Part shown: positions 25,167 to 35,210 of the stretch, piece by piece
Layout of the letters: each line of letters opens with the position of its first letter
Numbering within the stretch: position 1 is the first letter of the stretch
Assembly: GCA_005778405.1 (NCBI GenBank)
Contig: SXOA01000150.1
Coordinates: 1-64,000 of the forward strand
Reading direction: 5' to 3'
DNA from: Planctomycetaceae bacterium
GTDB lineage: Bacteria; Planctomycetota; Planctomycetia; Pirellulales; Pirellulaceae
Length of the DNA stretch: 64,000 bases
The notes under the pieces: generated by a model
The model's database searches: none
What the model saw: only the letters and a program-made list of their open reading frames with translations
Told to the model about the DNA's origin: nothing
Translations under genes and position numbers: made by a program

Positions 25167-26377
25167 CTCGGCCGCTCCGGGTGCTGATCACCAACCACAT
25201 GTTGGCCGGGCGCAGCGGCACGGAAATGTATGTCCACGATTTGGCGAAGGAACTGCTCGCGCGGGGACATGCTCCGGTTGTCTATTCCCCGAAGCTCGGT
25301 CCTTTGGCCCAGGAACTGACTCAAGCAACTGTGACGGTCGTGGATGACTTGAGTCAGGTCGCCATGCCGCCCGACATCATTCATGGCCACCACACGCTAG
25401 AGTCCGCGATCGCCTTGTTGCACTTTCCCCGCGCACCGGCAATTTACGTGTGCCATGACTGGTCCTGGGAAAACGACATTCCACCGCGGATGGACCGCAT
25501 CCGGAGATATGTCGCCGTGGACCACACCGTTCGCGACCGTCTGATTCTTCTTGAAGGTATCCCGGAAGCCGCCGTAAGCGTCGTCAACAACGGCGTGGAT
25601 CTGAAAAAATTCCGGCCGCGAGGCGAACTTCCCAGGGCGCCGCGGCGGGCGATTGTGTTCAGCAATTATGTGACGAGGGAGCAGTTCGCGGTCATTCAAG
25701 CCGGGTGCGCTCGTCACGCCATCGAAGTGGACGGTGTGGGGGCCAATATTGGCTTTGTTTCCTCCAAGCCGGAAAATCTCATCGGCCAGTACGATTTGGT
25801 CTTCGCCAAAGGACGCTGCGCCTGGGAGTCGTTAGCTTGCGGTGTGGCCGTCATCGTCTGTGATACTTGGGGCATCGGTCCCCTGGTGACGACGCAGAAC
25901 CTTGAGTTTGCCCGCCAGCGGAATTTTGGCCGTCGGCTGTTGCAAACGGAGCTGAACGAGGAAGCCATTCGCGTCCGTCTTGAGCAATATGATGCGGCGG
26001 ACGCGAAACAGGTGTCGCGGCAGATTCGCGAAAGTTGCGGCCTCGATAAGATGGTTGACCGGCTGATTGAGGTTTATGAGCAGGCAATCGCTGCGCATCA
26101 GGCCGCAGCACAGCAGCCGGCCGATGAAGAACTGCGCTTGTTAGCGAGGCTCCTTCAATCCTGGTCCCGCTGCAAACAACCGCCGCAAATCGAAGCCACG
26201 GACCTGCGAAGCATAGTGCACGAGGAATTGCAATTGCAGCAACTTCCGATACTGCAAAAGCTCGATGCTCTCACCACGCGCCGCCGAGGTCTGAGAAAGT
26301 TCCTGCACTCGGTAAAGAAGCGGCTGCCTGGCTGGATGTCCGGGCGATCTGAGCCGACGATACGCAAAGCCGCGTGA
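25163..26377 (+). CDS. GT4-family glycosyltransferase (BshA/MshA-like retaining GT-B)
   Basis: N-terminal ..RSGTEMYVHDLAKELLARGH.. and a C-terminal GT1 domain with an E..E-type motif region. Confidence 0.65.
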   Translation: MTRPLRVLITNHMLAGRSGTEMYVHDLAKELLARGHAPVVYSPKLGPLAQELTQATVTVVDDLSQVAMPPDIIHGHHTLESAIALLHFPRAPAIYVCHDWSWENDIPPRMDRIRRYVAVDHTVRDRLILLEGIPEAAVSVVNNGVDLKKFRPRGELPRAPRRAIVFSNYVTREQFAVIQAGCARHAIEVDGVGANIGFVSSKPENLIGQYDLVFAKGRCAWESLACGVAVIVCDTWGIGPLVTTQNLEFARQRNFGRRLLQTELNEEAIRVRLEQYDAADAKQVSRQIRESCGLDKMVDRLIEVYEQAIAAHQAAAQQPADEELRLLARLLQSWSRCKQPPQIEATDLRSIVHEELQLQQLPILQKLDALTTRRRGLRKFLHSVKKRLPGWMSGRSEPTIRKAA

Positions 26378-26390
26378 AAAAAAAGTGCCG

Positions 26391-27818
26391 CTACACATGC
26401 ACTTCGGCGATTAGATTCTCTCCGGCACAGCGAGCCAGAATCGGTGCGACTACCTCAGCCAGAAACTCATCAACTTGCTCCGGCGCGCGGCCGATAAAAT
26501 GGCTGCTATCGAGAGCGCTCGCGAGGTTGACGCCGGCAAAGGCCTTGTCATTCGCCAACCGCTGCAGCATGTCGTTGGGCTTCCCTTGCCGTTTAACGAC
26601 CTGGGCTGCTTCCTGGCTGTGGACGCGGATACGTTCATGCAGCTCCTGTCGATCACCGCCGGCTTGGACAGCCGCCATCAGCAGGTTCTCCGTCGCCATG
26701 AAGGGAAGTTCTTCGGCCAGGTTTTTGGCGATGATTTGTGGATAAACAACCAATCCCGTGCTGACGTTCTGCAACAGAATCAGAATTGCATCGATCGCCA
26801 GAAATGCCTGCGGCAGCACGAGCCGGCGGTTGGCGCTATCGTCGAGAGTTCGTTCCAGCCATTGCGTGGCGGCGGTATTCGCCGTGCTGGATTGCAGGCT
26901 GATCACGAACCGGGCCAGCGAACAAATCCGCTCGCTGCGCATGGGGTTTCGTTTATACGCCATCGCCGAAGAGCCAATCTGGTCCGCTTCAAACGGCTCT
27001 TCCATTTCTTTGCGGCCCGCGAGGATGCGCAAGTCCGTTCCCAATTTGTGAGCGGACTGAGCAACTCCGCTCAGTACGTCCAGAATCTGGCTATCAATCT
27101 TGCGGGAGTAGGTCTGTCCGGTGACTGCATAGCACTCGTCAAAACCGAGTTTTTTGGCCACCAGGTTCTCTAGCTCTCGCACCTTGGCGTGGTTGCCGTC
27201 AAACAGAGCCAGAAAGCTGGCCTGTGTTCCGGTCGTTCCTTTGACGCTACGGGCTTTGAGCCCTGAAATGCGGTGCTCCACTTCCACCAGATCCAGGACC
27301 AGGTCATAGGCCCACAGGCAAGCTCGCTTCCCGACGGTCGTCGGTTGGGCAGGCTGCATATGGGTGAAGCCGAGGCAAGCGAGGCTGCGATGGTCCCGGG
27401 CGAATGCGGCCAGCGACTGGATGACTCCCGCCAGGCGACGGGCAACCATTTGCAAGCCTTCTCGCAGCAGAATCAGATCGGTATTGTCGGTGACGTAGCA
27501 ACTTGTCGCTCCGAGGTGAATGATGGCCCGCGCGGAGGGACAGACATCCCCATACGCATGGACATGGGCCATCACGTCGTGCCGCAGCTTCTTTTCATAG
27601 GCCCGGGCCTCCGCAAAATCGATATCGTCGGTATGGGCTCGCAGTTCGGCAATCTGCTGCGAAGTAATCGGCAGCCCGAGCTCCGCCTCGGCTTCCGCCA
27701 GGGCCACCCACAGCTTTCGCCAGGTGCCATGTTTCCGCTGCTCCCCCCACAGCCGGCTCATCTCAGCAGAAGCATAACGGGAAGTGAGCGGGTTTTCGTA
27801 GCGTTCGTGCTGGGACAT
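26391..27818 (-). CDS. purB: adenylosuccinate lyase
   Basis: Conserved PurB N-terminus ([13 protein letters not shown]...) and fumarate-lyase signature region. Confidence 0.85.
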   Translation of the reverse strand: MSQHERYENPLTSRYASAEMSRLWGEQRKHGTWRKLWVALAEAEAELGLPITSQQIAELRAHTDDIDFAEARAYEKKLRHDVMAHVHAYGDVCPSARAIIHLGATSCYVTDNTDLILLREGLQMVARRLAGVIQSLAAFARDHRSLACLGFTHMQPAQPTTVGKRACLWAYDLVLDLVEVEHRISGLKARSVKGTTGTQASFLALFDGNHAKVRELENLVAKKLGFDECYAVTGQTYSRKIDSQILDVLSGVAQSAHKLGTDLRILAGRKEMEEPFEADQIGSSAMAYKRNPMRSERICSLARFVISLQSSTANTAATQWLERTLDDSANRRLVLPQAFLAIDAILILLQNVSTGLVVYPQIIAKNLAEELPFMATENLLMAAVQAGGDRQELHERIRVHSQEAAQVVKRQGKPNDMLQRLANDKAFAGVNLASALDSSHFIGRAPEQVDEFLAEVVAPILARCAGENLIAEVHV

Positions 27819-27932
27819 AAGCGCCGGTCAAGGTGAGAGGAGAATACCTCATGATACCGCTACCAAGGAGTCTTCTAAAGTGCCGTGGCTTGCTCCATCC
27901 GTTATGATGAACACCAGGAGGAGGGGCAGGCC

Positions 27933-28940
27933 ATGACCAGAAACACCCTATTCGTTCTGATGGCCGCAATGGCGGGCTGGGGCGAGGTCACGGCTCACGA
28001 GGGGAAGGTGGCGACCGCTGAGCGAATCGAGCGGCTCATCACGGATTTGGACTCGGAAAGCTATGCGGTGCGGGAGGCCGCTACGCAGGAATTGGTAAAA
28101 CTGGAAGATGCGGCAGTTCCAATCGTGGAACAGGCCCAGAAGCACGAATCGGCGGAGGTGCGATATCGAGCCGCGGTCATTCTGGAAAGGCTCAAGGTCG
28201 GCCCGGTCTTCAAGATTCGCAAACAGTTGGCGGAGTTTGCCGGTAGCGGCAAAGCGGACCTGGATGTCGAAGAAGGAATGTATCTGCTGTCGCTGATTCT
28301 GGATGACAAGGTGAAGAGGGCCGATCTCAGCCGGCAACTTGATGAAATTGCCGCCAAGGTGCGGGAGCGGTTGGGAAAGGAAGTGATGCCGTCCAAGTCC
28401 GAGCCGACAAAAGCAGTGGAGGCTTTGCGGCAGGTGCTATTCACCGATTTGGGATTTGGTCCGAACGAAGAGGATTACACGAACGCGAACAACTGCTCGC
28501 TGGCCAAGATTTTGGAGACCAAGAAGGGGCGGCCCATTTTTATGTGCCACTTGATGATTGCGGTCGCCAGGCGGCTGGAGATTCCGATTGTGGGGCTGCC
28601 GGTTAGCGGAATGTATATCGTGAAGTACGACGGCTCCCGGGCACCTGCTGGGTATCCCAAAGACGACATCTATATCCATGCCTACGAAAAGGGACGCATT
28701 CTGAGCCGGGACGATCGGAAGCGGGAATACCGCAGCTACGATCCCGACGTGATGGTCCCGCCCGGCTCAAGCCGCGAGACGATGGAACGGATGCTCAACA
28801 ACATCGAAACCACACTTGCTAGCCGAGACCTGCCAGGCGACTCCCTGCGGCGGGATCTGGTGAACGAATTGGGTAGCCTGCTCGAGCAATCAAATCCTGC
28901 GAATCGCGGACGCGGCGGCATTCGTTTGGAGGATTATTAG
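27933..28940 (+). CDS. secreted HEAT-like/transglutaminase-like (SirB1/YchA-type) domain protein
   Basis: Signal peptide, HEAT-like repeat (..AVREAATQELVKL..AEVRYRAAVIL..), and ..CHLMIAVARRLEIPIVGLPVSGMYIVKY.. resembling the transglutaminase-like core. Confidence 0.4.
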   Translation: MTRNTLFVLMAAMAGWGEVTAHEGKVATAERIERLITDLDSESYAVREAATQELVKLEDAAVPIVEQAQKHESAEVRYRAAVILERLKVGPVFKIRKQLAEFAGSGKADLDVEEGMYLLSLILDDKVKRADLSRQLDEIAAKVRERLGKEVMPSKSEPTKAVEALRQVLFTDLGFGPNEEDYTNANNCSLAKILETKKGRPIFMCHLMIAVARRLEIPIVGLPVSGMYIVKYDGSRAPAGYPKDDIYIHAYEKGRILSRDDRKREYRSYDPDVMVPPGSSRETMERMLNNIETTLASRDLPGDSLRRDLVNELGSLLEQSNPANRGRGGIRLEDY

Positions 28941-28946
28941 AAAAGG

Positions 28947-30506
28947 TCAAATCTTCAGCCCGAAATGAGTCCTCAATCGAATGACGCAAACATCGACCGT
29001 AGAATCGATGTTGCCTTCCGCGAGTTTGCCTTCCTCTTGAAGCATCCTTGCCAGCCCTTCCAGCATCAGCCGGTCAAGTTGCGGGTCATAGAGCAGCAAC
29101 AAGCGCCGTTCGACAAGATCGCCGAGCGTCGTAACCCATTCTTCGCGAATGATCCGGCGAACCGCCTCTCCCCATCTTGCCGCCTCTCCGCCTCCCTGTC
29201 TCTCCTTCTCCAGCACGCCCCCCGGAATGACCCGCGCCCGCGAGTTACGCACATCCGCGGCACTCTCGCCAAGTCGCACCAGCACGGCCGTCGCAGTCTC
29301 CTCCGCCAGCGAACGACAGGTCGTCAGCTTGCCGCCGACGAGCGAGACGAGGGGAATCGGGGACGCTTCGTTCCACACAAGCTGATGCCGCCGCGTGATG
29401 GCGGCTGTGGATTTGGCATCGACGTGCGGCAGCGGACGGACGCCGCTGTAGTGCCAGGCGATGTCGGCGCGGGTGACGCCAGCCGCGGGGAAAATGTCGC
29501 CGACCTCGTCCAGGAGATAATCCAGCTCTTCGGCGGTTGCCACTGCCGTTGCCGGATCGCCGCTGAAGGACAAATCGGTGGTGCCGACAAGCGTCCCTTC
29601 GGCCAGCGGCAACAAAAACACCGGCCGCCCATCCGCCGCTTCGGTGTAGATGCCGCTAGCACTGAGCATTTCTCTGAGTTGCGGATGCCAGGTGAAGAAG
29701 TGGCTCCCTTTGGTTCCGCCCATCAGGCGGCGCGAAGAGACAGGGAGCTTTTGCAGCGTCTCATCCACCCAGGCCCCGGTGGCATTGATGATGGCGGAGG
29801 GCTGAAAGGAGAGGACCGGCTGCCCGTTCTCGCTTGTTGGCCCAACGTGAACGATGTCATTTTCCAGCCTCGCCCGGTGATAGGTCAGCACTCGCAATGT
29901 GCAGCCGTTCTCGTCGGCGGCTTTCTGCGCATCTCGGAGCAAGGCGACGACGAACCGTTCGGGAAAAGGAATCTGCGCATCGGAATAGGCGGCCAGCCAG
30001 GCGGCAGCACCCGCATCGACAGGGGGAACGCCGTCTTCACCAAGCTTGTGAGTGCTGCGGAGCGGCAGCGTCTTGTCCTGGGCGTAGGTGTCGTACATCC
30101 ACAGACCCGTCCGAACTAAGGCCAGTCCTCTTGATTCCGGCTTACCACCTCCGCCTATCCCGAGAAACTTCGTTGCCGACTGCCACAGCCCGCCAAGCTG
30201 ATTCTTCACTGGGATAAACAGTCGCAGCGGGCGAACGAAGTCCGGCGCGAGCTGCAACAAGCGAGTGCGCTCGGCCAATGATTCCTTGACCAGGCTGAAC
30301 TCGCCATACTCCAGATACCGCAGCCCGCCATGAATGAGCCGCGAGGAATAGGCAGTCGCCCCACTCGCCAAATCCGCCTGGTCCACCAGCAGCACGCTGT
30401 AGCCGTTAAGAGTCAATTCCCTCGCCGCCGCCGCCCCGTTGATGCCGCCGCCGAGGATGAGAATGGGGCGGTCGAGAGAGAAGGGGGCGTCTGGCATGAA
30501 AACCAT
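28947..30506 (-). CDS. glpD: FAD-dependent glycerol-3-phosphate dehydrogenase
   Basis: FAD-binding GGGINGAAAARELTLNGYSVLLVD plus GlpD-family blocks. Confidence 0.8.
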   Translation of the reverse strand: MVFMPDAPFSLDRPILILGGGINGAAAARELTLNGYSVLLVDQADLASGATAYSSRLIHGGLRYLEYGEFSLVKESLAERTRLLQLAPDFVRPLRLFIPVKNQLGGLWQSATKFLGIGGGGKPESRGLALVRTGLWMYDTYAQDKTLPLRSTHKLGEDGVPPVDAGAAAWLAAYSDAQIPFPERFVVALLRDAQKAADENGCTLRVLTYHRARLENDIVHVGPTSENGQPVLSFQPSAIINATGAWVDETLQKLPVSSRRLMGGTKGSHFFTWHPQLREMLSASGIYTEAADGRPVFLLPLAEGTLVGTTDLSFSGDPATAVATAEELDYLLDEVGDIFPAAGVTRADIAWHYSGVRPLPHVDAKSTAAITRRHQLVWNEASPIPLVSLVGGKLTTCRSLAEETATAVLVRLGESAADVRNSRARVIPGGVLEKERQGGGEAARWGEAVRRIIREEWVTTLGDLVERRLLLLYDPQLDRLMLEGLARMLQEEGKLAEGNIDSTVDVCVIRLRTHFGLKI

Positions 30507-30548
30507 TCTAGCGATTTCATCCCCTTCGTTCCGAGAAAGCAGCTGTTC

Positions 30549-31118
30549 CTACTTTCGCCAGATCGATTCCATCAGTTCGTGGTGAGCCAGCCTCGTCACA
30601 CCCTGTGCGATGGAAGCCATGATTGCCCACCAGTTCCTGTTCTTCAATGCTTCCATAGGAATCCATAGGCCGGGGAGCGCCGTGCTCCGGAGCATGCCGG
30701 GATCGTCTGACTCGATGAGCTGGAACTTCCCATCGACCAGGCGGTTCCACTGGCAGATTGGCTCGTCGGCATCCTGAAGTGCGACATACTCAATCACCCC
30801 GGCACGTTCATAGCATTCCCGCCGATGCTCATAGTCCAGCAAGTCATCGCCCGGAAAGACATCCAAGACGAAATTCGGCGGCCCGATGAAACAGCGCCCA
30901 TCGGGATCGACGGAGCATTGCTTGCGCTTTCCATGGTTCACCATCAACATCACTCCGGGCCATAGCCGCGTCTGTTCGTTAATCTGCACTGGCACCAGCA
31001 TGCAGCAATACAAGCCGGGCGAGGAGAGCCGGTAGTAGTTGACGCACATCGCAATGTCGGTAAGCAGGGCCGATTGGCCGACGTCGAGTTCGCGGGTCAT
31101 TGCGTATCTCCCTGGCAA
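30549..31118 (-). CDS. Uma2-family (DUF820) putative endonuclease
   Basis: PD-(D/E)xK-like arrangement ..PPNFVLDV..D...YE.....Y...GV.EY..L. Confidence 0.35.
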   Translation of the reverse strand: MPGRYAMTRELDVGQSALLTDIAMCVNYYRLSSPGLYCCMLVPVQINEQTRLWPGVMLMVNHGKRKQCSVDPDGRCFIGPPNFVLDVFPGDDLLDYEHRRECYERAGVIEYVALQDADEPICQWNRLVDGKFQLIESDDPGMLRSTALPGLWIPMEALKNRNWWAIMASIAQGVTRLAHHELMESIWRK

Positions 31119-31142
31119 AACAAACCGTTCTGAATCCTGAAT

Positions 31143-32498
31143 TCAGGGCCGCGCGGCCGGCAGTGATTCGTCTATTGGCGACCTTCCCCAAAAGAGCAGG
31201 GCCACGCAGCCGACCAGCGGGACCATGCCGGCGAAGAACAGGGCTGAGCCATAGCTGCCGGTCGCTTTGACGGTGTTCCCAACCCATTCCTGCATATAGG
31301 ACGACGCAATCCAGGTGATGCAGCCGAGTGCGCCGGTTACCAGGCCCTGATGTTTTTTGGAAATCTCCTGCGTGAGGGAATAGAACGGAGGAAAGAGCCC
31401 CAGCGACCCGAATCCAATCACGAGAAAGCTGCCGAGGAGCAGCCAGCCCTTCGGCAGTGAGCCGGCAAACATGCTCGCCATCGTCAGTAAGGCGCAAACC
31501 ACGAACGCCAGGCTTCGAGCAGCGTGTGGCGACCAGCCGCGCTTTTGCGCCAGGTGTTTGGAAAGCATGCCAGCGGCAATGCAGCCGACGTCGGCCACCA
31601 GGAAGTACCCCGCCCGAAACCAAGGAATGAAATCTTCCTCATAGCCCCGTCGATCGAGAATGAGCGGCATCCAGGCACGGAAGAATTGCCAGGTCAGGTT
31701 AATCGGGATAACAATGGCCAGCAGCGCCAGGAAGCGGCGAATCGTCGCCATGCCGACCGCGGAATTCCAGTGGATGCGGGAAATCTGATCTGCGGTGCTC
31801 GTCTCCAGCCGCGAAGGCTGTTCCGGCTCGCGCTGCAAGTCTTTGTCGCGGATGAGCAGGAGCCACGGAATGATCCAAAGCATCCCGATGAACCCAATGG
31901 CCTGAAAGGCGAACCGCCAACTGCCGGTTTGCGACGATACGACAAAGTAGATGACAATGGGCGTGAGTACGGCGCCGACGGAAGCGCCACTTTGCAGCAG
32001 GCCATTGCCAAAAGTCCTGTCGCGGGCCGAGAGAATCCGCTGGGTGGTGATCAGGGCGCAGGGCCAGTGCCCCGCTTCGAAGAAGCCGAGCACGATACGG
32101 CAGGTGTAGAGCCCCAGGAAAGCCGTGCGCGAGTTGACGTATTTCGCCTGCGTGGCCAGCTCCGGATCGAGCAGCCAAGGGAAGTACCTGACCAGACTCT
32201 CGCCGAGGGAGTCTCCATAGGCAGTCGCAATGCCAGCGGACGACCATCCGATGAGCACCGCTGGATATAGCCAGCGAATGCTAACGCGGTCGGCTACCAT
32301 CCCAAGGACGATCGCTCCGAGGGCGAAGGCGAGGCCGAACCCCTTTTCCATCTGGCCGTAGTGCGTCTCGTCCAGGTCCAATTCGGTCAGAATGGGTTTA
32401 ATGGATTCGGCCAGCGTCTGCCGGTCCATGTACATCATCATCGTGGCCAGGAAGAGGAGGCCACAGATGGTCCATTTCCAGGCGGGGGGACGGTTCAT
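31143..32498 (-). CDS. MFS transporter
   Basis: 12 predicted TM helices and an MFS signature near the TM2-3 loop. The ORF's upstream extension is created by the REP sequence, so the start is taken at the internal Met. Confidence 0.7.
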   Translation of the reverse strand: MNRPPAWKWTICGLLFLATMMMYMDRQTLAESIKPILTELDLDETHYGQMEKGFGLAFALGAIVLGMVADRVSIRWLYPAVLIGWSSAGIATAYGDSLGESLVRYFPWLLDPELATQAKYVNSRTAFLGLYTCRIVLGFFEAGHWPCALITTQRILSARDRTFGNGLLQSGASVGAVLTPIVIYFVVSSQTGSWRFAFQAIGFIGMLWIIPWLLLIRDKDLQREPEQPSRLETSTADQISRIHWNSAVGMATIRRFLALLAIVIPINLTWQFFRAWMPLILDRRGYEEDFIPWFRAGYFLVADVGCIAAGMLSKHLAQKRGWSPHAARSLAFVVCALLTMASMFAGSLPKGWLLLGSFLVIGFGSLGLFPPFYSLTQEISKKHQGLVTGALGCITWIASSYMQEWVGNTVKATGSYGSALFFAGMVPLVGCVALLFWGRSPIDESLPAARP

Positions 32499-32500
32499 TG

Positions 32501-32546
32501 TCGTCTTTCGCTCCGCGAAAGACATGCCTTTCGCGAAGCGAAAGGC
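32501..32546. repeat. REP-like double hairpin (copy A: ctttcgc-tcc-gcgaaag ... ctttcgc-gaa-gcgaaag)
   Basis: Two adjacent 7-bp-stem palindromes. The same unit recurs at 33241 and 33812. Confidence 0.6.
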
Positions 32547-32576
32547 AACAATGGAGGGCGACAGGCAACCATCACT

Positions 32577-33269
32577 TTATTTTTCCAATCTTCGGTAATA
32601 GAACTCGCCGGTCTTCAGGCCAGCCTTCTGAGGGTTATCCGCAATATAGCTGCGCAAGTAGTCGTATTGTTCCGGGCTGCGAACGAGATGGTCGAACGGT
32701 TCCTGCTGCCAGAACTTTCCCTTCTCGGAAGTCAGTTGATTGATGCGAAATGCCGTGTAGTGGAGCCAAGAGTCGCATTGTTCCTTCATTGCTTCCGCGG
32801 TAGGAAAAGCGGCGAGAAGGTGAACATGATTGGGCATCACGACAAAATCACCCATGCGGTATCGCTGACCGTCGAAGTGCAAGAGGGAATCGGCCACAAT
32901 TCTCGCTAGAATCGCCCGCCTTAACAAACAGCGGCCGTGGCACGTGTCCAAAAACTCTTCACGGCAACGGCGGAAGACCTTCTGAAATTCCGTTCGGTCC
33001 TTCTCGGAGATCTCCTCGATCACGACTGACCAAGGGTTGTCGGAATGGTAGCCACGATGCTGCAGCCATTCCTTCTTCTGGCGGTCCCACCGCGCAATCA
33101 CCTCCCGAGGAATGGAATCCTCGGTTCGAAAGGTAATGAAAACTACTGAGCCTGCTTGTGACCAGTGAGGACGACAGTGCTCGTAGATGAGCAGCTCGCT
33201 TTTTGGATCGAAGAGTTCGCCGAGCATGAGTAGCCCATAGTCGTCTTTCGCTCCGCGAAAGACATGCAT
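32577..33269 (-). mobile_element. REP-associated tyrosine transposase (RAYT; IS200/IS605 TnpA-like HUH Y1 transposase)
   Basis: HUH motif VMPNHVHLL plus a downstream Tyr region (..YIADNP..). The gene is flanked on both sides by REP copies. Confidence 0.7.
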
Positions 33270-33285
33270 TTGGCGGTGCGAAGGG
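33241..33285. repeat. REP-like copy B (first hairpin intact, second degenerate)
   Basis: tcgtctttcgctccgcgaaagacatgc matches copy A exactly over 27 nt. Confidence 0.55.
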
Positions 33286-33295
33286 CACTTACCCG

Positions 33296-33754
33296 TCAGG
33301 CAATGAAAGTACCCGTTCTCACCACCTCTTGGAGCACGATTCCGTAAATATTCCAGTCCAGGTCCGTATAAGCACCAGCGTATTTCACGATGTCTTTCTC
33401 CAGATGAGGTTGCAGCAGGTCCAACGATAAAGCAGGAGCATAGAGTCGAATCGAAGTTGGAACAAACGTAACTTGGGCCTCATACTCGGCTTGTTCCCCG
33501 GTGAGTGTTCGGTCCTTGACCTTGTCGGCAAACACTTCCTTTCCTTTGGACACAACGGCTTCGCCAACGATCTTGCTTCCATACCGGAACAAGACGATTG
33601 AGCCCGGCGGCACATCCTTCACGGAATTCGCATTCCGCAAAAAATAAACTCCTCCTCGACCTCGCAGCGCAGTCAATAGCCAAGTGAGCAAACTGTCTTC
33701 GGATGGGAACTCTTCACGGCTGTGCGGAAAGACTCGGACTTGTAATGATGCCAT
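33296..33754 (-). CDS. hypothetical protein, possibly PUA-like (EVE/ASCH-type) fold
   Basis: 152-aa ORF with plausible codon usage and no clear motif. It sits between REP copies B and C. Confidence 0.35.
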   Translation of the reverse strand: MASLQVRVFPHSREEFPSEDSLLTWLLTALRGRGGVYFLRNANSVKDVPPGSIVLFRYGSKIVGEAVVSKGKEVFADKVKDRTLTGEQAEYEAQVTFVPTSIRLYAPALSLDLLQPHLEKDIVKYAGAYTDLDWNIYGIVLQEVVRTGTFIA

Positions 33755-33811
33755 TTCTCTTCTCCTTTAACTCGCTCATTGTATCTCTGGTTCAATCTAA
33801 ATTGAAGAACT

Positions 33812-33855
33812 TCTTTCGCTTCGCGAAAGAACGGCCTTTCGCGGAGCGAAAGGCG
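33812..33855. repeat. REP-like copy C (ctttcgc-ttc-gcgaaag ... ctttcgc-gga-gcgaaag)
   Basis: Same double-hairpin architecture as copy A. Confidence 0.55.
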
Positions 33856-33861
33856 ACACTG

Positions 33862-34617
33862 CTACTTCCACGACTTCCCGTCCCAAGCGAGGACTTTTTC
33901 CAGCAAGTTGATGACGTCGGCAGAGAGCGTGCGGAAGATGACTTCTCCCTTTTCGGCAGTGGCGTGCCGCGGGTCGCCGATGTGGCCTGGCTCGGTCCGG
34001 TCCTTGGTGATCCAGCCGCGGTGAGCGGGTTCAAACGCGCCGCCGAACTCGACCGGCTGGACTTTGCTGAGATCGCCGACCAGGTGCGGATTGATGCGGA
34101 GCATCATCGAGGTTTCCCATTCGCAGGCGTGCCCCATCTGCTGCTGTTTGATGCTTTTGTCCTGCTCGTGCGGCTTGCCGCCGAGGGTCCAGTAGGTGGT
34201 GGCGATGAGACAGAGGTCGCTCCGCTCGCGGTACTTCTGCCGGAGTTCGAAGACGGCTTGCTGCGACGGGACGATGTTGCCGCCGTGCCCATTCACCAGC
34301 ACAATCCGCGTGAAGTTGTGGAACAGGAAGTTCTCCACCATGTCCCGCAGCAGGTCGAGATAGACCCGCGGAGCGGCCGACATGGTGCCGGCGAAATCGA
34401 GATGATGCTCGGAATTCCCCAGCCACATCATGGGGGTGAAGAGAACCCGGTCTCCCACCTTCTCGCTGACCCGGCGGATGATTTCGCCGCAAAGCATGCT
34501 ATCGGTAAAGAGCGGCATGTGCCTTCCATGCTGTTCCAGGGCAGCGATGGGAATCACAATCGGCGTGCTCCTCGGCAGAGCGGCCACGTCGGTCCATTTG
34601 AGGTCGGTGAGTTTCAT
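33862..34617 (-). CDS. creatininase (creatinine amidohydrolase) family protein
   Basis: Conserved ..LEQHG.H.P..TD...VNGHGGN.. blocks. Confidence 0.75.
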   Translation of the reverse strand: MKLTDLKWTDVAALPRSTPIVIPIAALEQHGRHMPLFTDSMLCGEIIRRVSEKVGDRVLFTPMMWLGNSEHHLDFAGTMSAAPRVYLDLLRDMVENFLFHNFTRIVLVNGHGGNIVPSQQAVFELRQKYRERSDLCLIATTYWTLGGKPHEQDKSIKQQQMGHACEWETSMMLRINPHLVGDLSKVQPVEFGGAFEPAHRGWITKDRTEPGHIGDPRHATAEKGEVIFRTLSADVINLLEKVLAWDGKSWK

Positions 34618-34803
34618 GGCAAGTGAGCAGAGGATTAAAGGGGTGGGGCCAGGGAGAATGGTATCGGGCGAGTTGCCACCAGCTTACGCGAAGGACCGCG
34701 GAGAGAAAACCAACCCAGTGTGTTTACGTGTATCAGTCGTCATTTTGCTAAGATTGTTGTATGCTGACGGATGATGTAATTTGCCTTACAAGGAGGTCTG
34801 CTC

Positions 34804-35172
34804 ATGGTTGTCCTATCTCGCAAGAAAAACGAGTCGATTATCATCCACGACAACATCATTGTCACGGTGATCGAGATTCGTGGAGACAAAGTGCGGTTGG
34901 GGATTGAGCTTCCTCGGGAGGTGCCGATTCACCGCAAGGAAGTCTACGACGCCATTCGGAGAATCGAGGAGTCTCCGGCCGCACAAGCGCCGACGCAACC
35001 CCCAACCATCCAACCACACTTCCCAGTGCGGCAGCCGGACAAGCTCGATCGCTTAGCGTCGGCATTGCAATCCAGGCTGGCAGTTTCGGTTAATCGTGAA
35101 CTGGTGGTGCAGGCGATGACGGAGGCGGGGATCGAGCTGCCGAACTTGCCAGCGGCTTCACCGCTCCGCTAG
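34804..35172 (+). CDS. csrA: CsrA/RsmA-family carbon storage regulator homologue with a ~60-aa C-terminal extension
   Basis: [48 protein letters not shown] closely matches the CsrA fold consensus. 122 aa total. Confidence 0.7.
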   Translation: MVVLSRKKNESIIIHDNIIVTVIEIRGDKVRLGIELPREVPIHRKEVYDAIRRIEESPAAQAPTQPPTIQPHFPVRQPDKLDRLASALQSRLAVSVNRELVVQAMTEAGIELPNLPAASPLR

Positions 35173-35210
35173 CGGGCCGATAATTGCGAAATGTTCATTC
35201 GCAAATACCA

